Shown: piece after piece, positions 36,766 to 46,800 of the stretch | How positions within the stretch are numbered: the stretch's first letter is position 1 | Layout: each line of letters begins with the position of its first letter | Source of the DNA: Candidatus Omnitrophota bacterium | Lineage (GTDB): Bacteria > Omnitrophota > Gorgyraeia > 2-01-FULL-45-10 | Length of the DNA stretch: 64,000 bases | Assembly: GCA_028699255.1 (NCBI GenBank) | Contig: JAQVUX010000002.1 | Location: 107,520-171,519, forward strand | Direction of reading: 5' to 3' | Made by a program: the position numbers and the translations under genes | The notes under the pieces: model-generated | Database searches by the model: none | Told to the model about the DNA's origin: nothing | The model's input: only the letters and a program-made list of their open reading frames with translations

Positions 36766-39759
36766 ATGAGAAGAATAAATTTCCTAATCGTTTGTGCGCT
36801 TACCTGTATTGTTATTGCCGGAGTTACGGAGCTCTGCTTTGCTTCTATCCCGCCTACTACTATAATAACTGCTAAACTGGATGCTAATCCCGCCGAAGAC
36901 ATTATCATTAACTTCGGTTCTCAACACGGTCTTTGGGTATATTCCAATAACTCTGTCTGGTTTCACCTTCACCCTATAAGTCCTAAGTCAATTACCAGAG
37001 CTGATCTTGATGGCAATGGCATCGATGATCTCGTGATCGACTTCGGTTCTCAGTACGGCGTCTATGTGTATAGCGATACCGGTGCATGGACTCAGCTTCA
37101 TATTTTTACCGCAAGCTCCATTACCGCCGCCGATCTTGACGGCAACGGTAAGGACGACATTATAATCGACTTTGGTCCCCAGTACGGCATCTATGTGTAT
37201 AGCGATACCGGTGCATGGATTCAGCTTCATACTTTAACCGCAAAGTCAATCACCGCCGCCGATCTTGACGGCAATGGTAAGGATGATATCATCGTAGACT
37301 TTGGTTCACAGTACGGCATCTATGTGTATAGCGATACCGGTGCATGGAATCAGCTACATAACTTCACCACAAAGTCTATCACCGCCGCCGATCTTGACGG
37401 CAACGGTAAGGATGATATCATCGTAGACTTTGGTTCAGAGTACGGCATCTATGTGTATAGCGATACCGGTGCATGGAATCAGCTACATAACTTCACCACA
37501 AAGTCTATCACCGCCGCCGATCTTGACGGCAACGGTATTGACGACATTATAATCGACTTTGGTTCTCAGTACGGCATTTGGATATATTACAACAACTCTA
37601 CATGGCAAAAATTACATGATCTTAGCCCATGGGCAGTGAATGTACCGCCGCCGCAATTCACGAATCTAACCGATAAGACCGTGGTCATAGGTAATTTATT
37701 ACAATTTACGTTAGAAGCTGACGGCTCCTATGTTCCTGCGGGTGAGCTTGCGTATTCGGTTGCAGGCCTGCCTCCGGATGCTTCGTTTGATGCCGCAAGC
37801 CGCACTATTTCATGGACGCCAACCCTATCCGATAAAGGGACCTACGACGTTACCTTTACCGTAACCAATGGCGCTACATCATCCACCAAATCTATCATTC
37901 TCTCGACTGTATATATAGAGGAAGCCTTGCTCACAAATGACGCAAGCATTGTGGGTAAACCGTCTATTTATGACGATAAAGTTATCTGGTCAGATAATAG
38001 AAATTCAAGCTACGATCTTTACCTGTATGATATCTCAGGCCATAGCGAATCGCTCCTAAATATTGATACCGCGGCAAAATTTAAACCTGCGATATATGGA
38101 GATAATATTGTATATATCGATCAGGACTTCAACCTTTATATGTACGATCTCTCCACAACCCAGAAGACTGAAGTAACAACGCTTTCTACAGCCGATAACG
38201 GACCGGCTATTTATAAAAATAAAATAGCATATGTAGCTGACCCCGTGAATATCTGTATATATGATATACCAACCGGACAAGTAACTGCGATAAGCGACGC
38301 AAGCTCAAGCCATGGATCTCTGAATATGGATGAAAATTCTCTCTTTTGGGAAAGTAGTCGATTGGATTCCGGCCAGAATGTTTATGATATATACACCTAC
38401 GACCTTCAAGCCGGAACTAAATCTATGGTATTAAATAATCTTGCTTTATGCGGATTTGCCGCATATGGAGATAAGATATCCTGGGCTCAATCAACCGGAC
38501 TATGGATATACAATATCTCTACAAAAGAGGGGATGCAGTTAACGCAAAATTCAGGCTCTATCAATCTTGCCATGTATGAGTATAGGATCGTATGGGCGGG
38601 AGATGATAGCCAAATCCACCTTACGGCCATGACTTTCTCGCCTCGTATTATCTCTGCCGATTGTGAGTGCGGCTACACAGGCTATAATGTCAATATAACC
38701 GGCACAAACCTTGGGTATAGCCAGGGTTCTTCAAATATTGAGTTAGGTGGTAGTGTTGTAAATGCGGCCATAACATCCTGGTCAGACACTTCCATTGTCT
38801 GCGTAATACCGTTTAATACTGATTTATCAGGTAATCAGACGCTGAAAGTAAATACTCCAGGGGGTAAGAGTAATGGTGTTGAGATAACCTTGCAGGATTT
38901 ATCAAAGCTTCCCACAAAACCGACTCTTAACACTTTTTCTACTCCTACCAGTAATACGGTGCAGACATTGTCAGGAACTAAAGATATTAATACCTCTATA
39001 TGGATGAACGGAGTTGAAAAAGTCCCCATAGATAGCTTTACTACATGGTCTGTCTCTATAACGTTGGCAGAGGGTCAAAACAATATAAACGTCACAGCGA
39101 AAAACTCCACAGGCGGAGAGAGTCAATCCGCTCTCGCGAGCATCTTACTTGATACAACCCCTCCCACAACCCCAGTAATGATAGATGATGGAGCTACTAC
39201 TAATTATATAAGCACTTTTCATGCTGTTTGGTCGGCTCAAGATGCGGAGTCTGGAATTATCGAGTATCGATATCGCATAACGGATGGCACTAATGGCGGA
39301 TCGGTAATTCGTGATTGGACATCAACGGGTGTAGTGCCGGAGGTGACGGCTACGGAATTATCTCTATCCAAAGGTCATACGTATTATTTCAGCGTCCAGG
39401 CCCGGAATGGCGCGGGGTTGTGGAGCTGTATAAGTTCGAGCGGCGGCGGTACATTAATACAGGCCGCGCCGGATATAATATCGATCAGCCCGGTTGCGGG
39501 AAGTATTCTGGACTCTGAGAATACGGTGGATTTTAATATAAACGCTATCGACCAGGAAGGGGACGCCATCCAGTATAGGATATTGGTTGACGGCGAGATT
39601 GTAAGCGATTGGAATAGCGCTCCAAATTTTAGCTGGCAGATGACGTCGCCCGAATCCGGCGCAAGGCAGGCTACGGTTTATGTTAAAGATACATGGGGCA
39701 ATGAAAACTCCGGTTGTGTATCGATATACCTGGCCAGAAAGGCATTGGAATTACCATGA
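36766..39759 (+). CDS. Giant secreted surface protein: 6x FG-GAP-like 42-aa repeats, beta-propeller (YD-type) repeats, IPT/Ig-like domains
   Basis: Signal peptide MRRINFLIVCALTCIVIAG; ADLDGNGKDDIIIDFGSQYGIYVYSDTGAW x6; IPT-like GYTGYNVNITGTNLG. Confidence 0.75.
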   Translation: MRRINFLIVCALTCIVIAGVTELCFASIPPTTIITAKLDANPAEDIIINFGSQHGLWVYSNNSVWFHLHPISPKSITRADLDGNGIDDLVIDFGSQYGVYVYSDTGAWTQLHIFTASSITAADLDGNGKDDIIIDFGPQYGIYVYSDTGAWIQLHTLTAKSITAADLDGNGKDDIIVDFGSQYGIYVYSDTGAWNQLHNFTTKSITAADLDGNGKDDIIVDFGSEYGIYVYSDTGAWNQLHNFTTKSITAADLDGNGIDDIIIDFGSQYGIWIYYNNSTWQKLHDLSPWAVNVPPPQFTNLTDKTVVIGNLLQFTLEADGSYVPAGELAYSVAGLPPDASFDAASRTISWTPTLSDKGTYDVTFTVTNGATSSTKSIILSTVYIEEALLTNDASIVGKPSIYDDKVIWSDNRNSSYDLYLYDISGHSESLLNIDTAAKFKPAIYGDNIVYIDQDFNLYMYDLSTTQKTEVTTLSTADNGPAIYKNKIAYVADPVNICIYDIPTGQVTAISDASSSHGSLNMDENSLFWESSRLDSGQNVYDIYTYDLQAGTKSMVLNNLALCGFAAYGDKISWAQSTGLWIYNISTKEGMQLTQNSGSINLAMYEYRIVWAGDDSQIHLTAMTFSPRIISADCECGYTGYNVNITGTNLGYSQGSSNIELGGSVVNAAITSWSDTSIVCVIPFNTDLSGNQTLKVNTPGGKSNGVEITLQDLSKLPTKPTLNTFSTPTSNTVQTLSGTKDINTSIWMNGVEKVPIDSFTTWSVSITLAEGQNNINVTAKNSTGGESQSALASILLDTTPPTTPVMIDDGATTNYISTFHAVWSAQDAESGIIEYRYRITDGTNGGSVIRDWTSTGVVPEVTATELSLSKGHTYYFSVQARNGAGLWSCISSSGGGTLIQAAPDIISISPVAGSILDSENTVDFNINAIDQEGDAIQYRILVDGEIVSDWNSAPNFSWQMTSPESGARQATVYVKDTWGNENSGCVSIYLARKALELP
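36990..37620 (+). repeat. Tandem 126-bp coding repeats (5-6 units, up to ~95% identical)
   Basis: e.g. 37321-37440 versus 37441-37560 nearly identical; encode the FG-GAP-like units. Confidence 0.8.
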
Positions 39760-40829
39760 GTAATAAAATATTTGCCATAATTATAGTTATAGCTTTATCG
39801 TTAACTCCACGTGTTTTTTGTGCTGAGGAAACTGTAAAAACCGAAGATGTATCGGCGACCATCGAAACGAATACGGAAGAAGTCGTTTCCAAAAAGAGCG
39901 CGGCGGCTATGGTCAAATCCTCGGCCTCGGCGGTGGCGTCTATGGCGGCGGGCGAAGACGTAAGTTCCGGCTCCGTCGGAGGAGGCGCTTCGCTGTCACC
40001 GCTTTTGAGCGAATCATTTCAGACGGATCTTGCCACCGGCAGTGCGACTGCCAATATTCCGATAGTCGTGCCGCCCGGTAGAAAGAATATGCAACCGTCG
40101 ATAGCGATCTCCTATTCCAGCAATAACCCCAATGGAGTGTGCGGCGTCGGCTGGGGGCTTACAACCTCCAGCATTCAGCGCTCGACCAAGAATGGAACTC
40201 CAAAATACGATAGCACGGATACATTTGTTTTTGCTTCAAGCGGATCGAGCGGCGACCTCGCCCTGATCGATGCCGAGAATAATGAATATCGTCAGAAGAT
40301 AGAGACGGGTTTTATGAAGTATGTCTTTGATCCTGCCGGCTTAAAATGGACGGTATGGGATAAAGCCGGCACTAAATATGTATTTGGCACTTCCGTCGAT
40401 TCGAGGATCGTGGGTGACGACGCTACGAAAATATTCGCGTGGTTTCTGGACAGGGTCGAAGACGTATATGGCAATACGGTGTTATTTACTTATGAAAAGG
40501 ATAGCGGGCAGATATATCTGGCCGGAGCTATTTATACCTCCAACTCTACTGTGACTCCGGCGCTCGCCGCGGATAAAGCGGTGAGCCTTGTTTACGAAAC
40601 CGGCAGGGCCGATATTGCCTATAATAACAGAGCCGGGTGGCAGATAGCTACCGCCAAACGATTAAAAGAGGTACAGGTTAAAGTCGATGGCGTTCTCGTG
40701 TGGCGGTATGCGTTCAGTTACTCGACGAGCGCGGATACGACACGCTCGCTCCTGACGCAGGTTACGCTTTTCGACGCGGCCGGCAACAGTCTGCCTCCGA
40801 AGAAATTTACGTATCAAACGATCGAGTAG
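39756..40829 (+). CDS. Stand-alone SpvB / TcB-N-terminal domain protein (secreted)
   Basis: Signal peptide; ANIPIVVPPGRKNMQPSIAISYSSNNPNGVCGVGWGLTTSSIQRSTKNGTPKYD matches the SpvB hallmark; ATGA overlap with upstream gene. Confidence 0.8.
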   Translation: MSNKIFAIIIVIALSLTPRVFCAEETVKTEDVSATIETNTEEVVSKKSAAAMVKSSASAVASMAAGEDVSSGSVGGGASLSPLLSESFQTDLATGSATANIPIVVPPGRKNMQPSIAISYSSNNPNGVCGVGWGLTTSSIQRSTKNGTPKYDSTDTFVFASSGSSGDLALIDAENNEYRQKIETGFMKYVFDPAGLKWTVWDKAGTKYVFGTSVDSRIVGDDATKIFAWFLDRVEDVYGNTVLFTYEKDSGQIYLAGAIYTSNSTVTPALAADKAVSLVYETGRADIAYNNRAGWQIATAKRLKEVQVKVDGVLVWRYAFSYSTSADTTRSLLTQVTLFDAAGNSLPPKKFTYQTIE

Positions 40830-40835
40830 ACAAAA

Positions 40836-43800
40836 ATGCGAAAATTTATTTCCATAATCCTGGTATTTGCCCACGTTGCGCTTATACTGCCTCTTCCCGA
40901 GGCGCACGCGATGGAGAGCGCCAATTTTAAGGTAACGGAGAGCGCCGTATCCTCCGGAGGCGGCTCAAACGGCGGTATTGGGGCGGATATCGCTTATTCA
41001 AATGCCGCGGAACCGGCTACGGGTAATGCGGAGAGTTCAAATTATAAGGCCTCGCTCGGCTACATAAATGTTATCGCCTCGAACCCGCCGATATTCAAAT
41101 CATTGATACCGGACGCGAATATGAGAGCGGTGTGGGATAAGGCTCAGCCATGCGCGACGACGATATCCCTCGATGGGTATTTTTCCAGCCCCGATAATTT
41201 GCCCCTTACATATATAGTAGAAGGTAACTCGCGGATATCTGCGGTTGTTAATCCCGTAACGCACGTCGTCAATTTTTCGCAGGGCGATGATTTTTCCGGT
41301 GCCGAGGCCGTCAGGTTCGTTGCTGTAGATGCCTCAGGCAATAGAACCGTGAGTAATTTTGTGATGCTTGTGGTGAAAGGGGCCGGTAATAATCCTCCGG
41401 TGATCCATCCGATCAGCGACATTACGGTGCGCGAGAACGAACTCGTTCAGGTCGCGCCGACGGTATTCGATCCGGATGGCGATGCTCTGACTATAACTTA
41501 CAGCGCGCCCTTAAACGATACGGGAAGCTGGCAGACGTCCTACAAAGACTCTGGTGCATATAAAATAACGGCTACCGTTTCGGACGGGACGCTAAAAGCT
41601 TCTTCCGCTTTTAATATAACCGTAAAAAATGTGAACAGGCCTCCGGTTATCGATACGATTGCCGGCGTAACGGTCAACGAAGGTGATGTCGTCAAATTAA
41701 ACGTTACAGCCCGCGATCCTGATGGCGATAATGTCACCATAGATTATCCGAATCCTCTGGATAGCGACGGAAGCTGGCAGACGACGTACAAAGATGCCGG
41801 GTCATACAGTTTTACGGTTACCGCATCGGACGGCGATTTGAGCTCGACGAGCGAAGCCAATGTTACCGTAAATCCCATCAACGCGGCGCCTCTGGTCCGG
41901 CTTTACTCCGATAAGACCAGCCTATCTGCGAATGAAGAATTCACGGTTTATCTGCTTGCGCAGGATCCCGACGGCGACCAATTGACGCTGACACTCAAAA
42001 AGGATGGGAGCGCGATATCCGGTTGCGAAAACATTGTTCTCGACGCCCAGACTTTTACAAAAACTATATCCATATCGAACGCGGGAAGTCACACCATCGA
42101 CGCTGTAGTTACGGAAACCGGCGTTTCGGGCGACGCGAATACCGCCTCGGCTACGCTTAAGATAAACGTCGATGAAAATTCCTCGTCGGACGTATATTTC
42201 CCGATATCCGGAGATTTTAACGGTGACGGCTTAACGGATCTCGGCTATTTTAACAGGGCGCTCGGGATATGGAAGGTTCAGTTGTCCAAGGGTGACGGTA
42301 CATTTGGGTCTGTCGAATACTGGATAGCGAGCGGATTCGGTAATAACGACAGCTATTGCTATCCTATGACGGGTGATTTTAACGGTGACGGTAAGACTGA
42401 CGCGGGTTTTATACGCGTGCCTACTTCAGACGGTGCCGGCTCGTATGTTCGGCTTGCGTTATCAAGCGGTACGGCCTTCAGCGCCCAAACAACCGACTGG
42501 CGCAGTACGAGTGCCGGGACACTGATGAGCGACTGGCATTACACGACGTTTACCGGCGATTTTAACGGCGACGGCATAAGCGATACCGGCCAGGTTCATT
42601 ACGAGGAGGCGAACTATCGTTACGTTGGGCTTACCGGCGCGAATGGCGCGGTATCGGCGATGGAAAATTGGATAAAAGGCGGAAGCCATGTTTCGACAGG
42701 TGAAATATCGCCCATCGCGGCCGATTTTAACGGCGATGGATTAACGGACGCGTGTTTTTTCAGGAAGGCATACGGCACATGGACTGTATGCCTCTCGAAG
42801 GGCGACAGGTTTGGCGATACGACTACCTGGCTAACGGTATTTGGCACGGATAAAGATCCCGTCCTGGCCGATTTTAACTGCGATGGCCTGACGGACATCG
42901 GTTATATGGTAAAGGAAGATTCGCAGTGGTCGGTAAAATATGCCATATCGGACGGAACGAAGTTTAATCTTAAGAACGGCGAAGCGTATACCTACAAGAC
43001 GCTTATATCCGATTCTGTAAGCGGTACATTCATATCCGGCGATTTTAACGGCGACGGCCTTTTTGATATAGCGGTATTTAATAAGGATACGCGTGAATGG
43101 ACGGTTAAACTACACCATTCGAAATATCCGGATCTGCTCATCGGAATAGATAACGGTATGAGCGGTACGACCACGATAACTTACAAGGATTCGGCCGTAT
43201 TCGATAATACCGGCGACGACGGACTGCCGACCCTGCCATTCTCGATACGCGTCGTGACGAGCGTGACCCAGTCGGACGGTCTCGGAAGTAATTACACGGC
43301 GAATTATTTTTACCGCGACGGCGCCTTCGACTCCGTCCAGCGCGAGTTCCGCGGGTTCGGTTACGTTAAAGTAATAGACGCCGAAGGAAGCTACAAAGAG
43401 ACGTATTTTAACCAGGATGACATATATAAAGGAAGGCCGTCGAAAGAAGTGGTGCGTGATAAGTATAACAATATTTACTCGCAGGTTTTGTATAACTGGC
43501 AGGATCGTAAATTATTCAGCGACGCGGTTGATTATCCATACCTTCTGGACAAAACCTCAAATGCTTATGATCCGGTTACCGGCGCGACTAAAAGCGCGAA
43601 AACTATATACACCTATGACGACTATGGCAATGCGGTAAATGTCAGGGAAGAGGGTTTCCTCGATACGGCAGGAGATGAGCAGGAGGCGCAGATCACGTAT
43701 TATTACGACACCGCAAACTGGATACTCTCAAAGCCGGTTGAGAGCAGGGTGAAGGACGCCGCGGGCAATGTGGCCGCGGCGACGAAATACGAATACTATT

Positions 43801-46800
43801 CGGACGGCGCCCTGAAGAAAGAGGAGCGATGGCTCGGGCGCGCGGGCGGCGCTCCGTCGTGGGGATCAGGCGACAACCCGACGGCCGAGTTTACTTACAG
43901 CGCTGTCGGAAACGTCGAGACGGTTAAGGACGCCCGCGGCAGTGTTACCGCTACCGCATACGATGCCACAATGACGTTCCCGGTAATAGTTACCAATGCG
44001 CTCGGCCATACCCAGCAATTTACCTATAATAAAGCCACCGGCAAGATACTTACTTCCACCGACCCGAATGGCCAGGTGTCGTCTTCGCAATACGACGGAT
44101 TCGGCCGGTTATATCATGTAGCCGGGCCGGGCAATATCTCCGAGGTTGCGTATACTTACGATCTGGCCTCAACCCCGACCAGGATAATATCCGCTACAAA
44201 AACGGCGGACGGAAGCTACGCGAAGGCTTTTAGCTTTATCGACGGCCTTGGCCGACAGATACTCTCGCGCTCCGAAGCCGAATATAGCGGCGCCGCGAAA
44301 CACATCGTTTCGGGCGAGGTGCGTTACAATTCGCGCGGTCAGGTTGTGCGTAAATACCTGCCTTATTATATCTCTGTCCCAGCCCCCGAAGACTTGTATA
44401 TGCCGCCGCAGAACGCGACGTGTTATGTCGCGTATGAGTATGACGCCATGGGACGTCTGGTCAAGACGATCCGTCCGGATAATAAGGTGAGTTACACCAT
44501 ATATGGCGTGAATAAGCTGGAAGCGGTAAACGAGAACGGCCAGCGCGCCGCGCAGACGAAAGACGCTTATGGCAGGATAGTCGAGGTTCAGGAAGACATG
44601 GGCGATATCACGAATTACGTTTATGATATGCTCGGCAATCTTACCGATACTTACGACAGCGCCTCAACGCGCAATCACGTCCATATGGAATACGATACTT
44701 TAGGGCGAAAAATATTGATGACCGATCCCGATATGGGCGGATTCGCCGGCAAGAGCTGGCAATATTATTACGACAGGGCAGGCAACCTCGTCAACCAGGT
44801 GGACGCAAAAGGGCAGAGCATAACTTTTCAGTATGATGTCATTAACCGACTGGTTAAAAAATGGGGACTGTCCCCGCAGGGGGCTGTCCCCATTTTTTCC
44901 GTTGATTATTTCTACGACGACTCCTCTAAGCCGAACTGCATCGGAAGGCTGTCGAGCGTTACAGATCCAAGCGGTTCGACGGAATTCTTTTACGATATTC
45001 TTGGCCGTGAGATAAAGACCACAAAAAATATAGGCACTTCTTCATATTCCGTGGAGCGCTCCTATGATTCGCTCGACAGGCTCGTTACCGTTAAATACCC
45101 CGACAGTACTGTTATTGCCTACGTATACAACAAGCAGGGCGGGATCGCTACAGTTACGGGCGAGCAGGGGGCTTCTTATGTTTCCTCGGTAAGTTATAAT
45201 GCGAACGGCCAGATAGAGCATATAGTGTATGGCAACGGTACCTCGACCGATTATGCTTATGATCCTTATAATTTCCGGCTCGATCAGCTGAAAACTTTCG
45301 ATCCGCAAAAAACGGCTATACAAAATCTTGCTTATAATTTTGATCCTATCGGAAATGTAACCTCGATCCAGGATAGCGTAAATACCAATACGCAATCTTT
45401 TCAATATGACAATCTGAACCGTTTGATACAGGCGACAGGCAATAGTTACGGGCAGATAAATTATACTTATGACTCTATCGGCAATATTCTTACTAAAGGC
45501 GCCATCAGAATGGAATACGGCGCCAACGCCGGAGCGCACGCGGTTACCGCGTATACATTAAACGACGTACGAAAAACCATAGTTTACGATCATAACGGCA
45601 ATATGACTGCGAAAGGCAACAGTAGTTTCGAGTATGATATAGAGAATAGGCTTAATAAAGTAATGGTCGAAAAAGGCGGCGAGCTCTTCGATCTTTCCCT
45701 CAATCTTGCCGTCGGATGGAATTTCTTCTCGCTTCCCGGATTTATCCCGAACACAGCCGGCAAGATCAAAGATGTGCTCGCTTCGATAGACGGGAAATAC
45801 GACCAGGTTTCGACGTACGATCCGGTTACGGGTAAGTGGCTCCACTACGTCGGAGATGAAAAATTCAACCAGTTCGACAAGTTCGAGATCGGCATTGGAT
45901 ACCTCATATATGTAAAAGAGGCGTGCACTTTAAGTTTGAGCGGATCGTTCCCGGCTACCGCCCAGGTCAGCCAGTTAAAGACCGGTTGGAACCTGGTGTC
46001 CGCGCCCACGACGTCCGAGATCGAGCCTTCCGAAGCGTTCCGTAACATAACCTACGATTCTATCGTCGAATATAACGGCACGGAATATATCCATGATCCG
46101 GCGACGCTCAAGAAAGGCAATGCCTACTGGCTGCATGTAACGAGTGACCAGGCGTGGACTGTGCCTCTGTCGCAGGTCGAAACTACCTACTCTTACGACG
46201 GCGATGGTGGAAGAGTTTTACGAACTTCCCCGTCATTGATTACAGATAACCTCGGAGGTTGCGCCGCAGCAGATAACCTCGGAGGTTGCGCCGCAGGCGC
46301 ATCCTCCGAGGTTGGCAAAGGTCAAGTCACCGTCTATGTCGGCTCCTCTTACGAAGCCGAAGGCCCTGCCGGCCAGTCACCCGACAAGATCACAAAGTAC
46401 ATCTACATGGGCTCGACACGCATCTGCTCGGTCGAGACGTCGTTGCGAGCCGCCGAAGGGGGCTCCTCGGGGGTGGTTAAGGCTTACTACTACCACGCCG
46501 ACCATATCGGCTCATCCAACGTCGTTACCGACGAAACCGGTAGCGTCGTGAATATTCTCGAATATTCGCCTTTCGGCGAAGTATCTCGCAACACCGGTAA
46601 TTACTCGACAGATAAGCGCTTCACTGGTAAGATATACGACGAAGGTTCCGCTCTTTACTATTACGGGGCACGTTATTACGACCCCGAACTCGGACGATTC
46701 ATCACGGCTGATACAGTTATTGCTTATCCATATGATCCCCAGTGTTTCAATAGATATTCCTACGCTCGAAATAATCCCATAGTCTACATCGACCCATCGG

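Noticed and set aside
36990-37620. CRISPR array interpretation of the 126-bp tandem repeats
   Set aside because: The repeats are in-frame coding units of the FG-GAP protein with no unique spacers between them. No cas genes are in the window.
36766-39759. Giant repeat protein as the TcA (A-component) partner of the BC toxin
   Set aside because: At 1011 aa it is less than half the size of TcA proteins, is beta-rich (FG-GAP, propeller, IPT) and lacks the long alpha-helical pore-forming region. It is treated as a surface or adhesin protein of unknown role.
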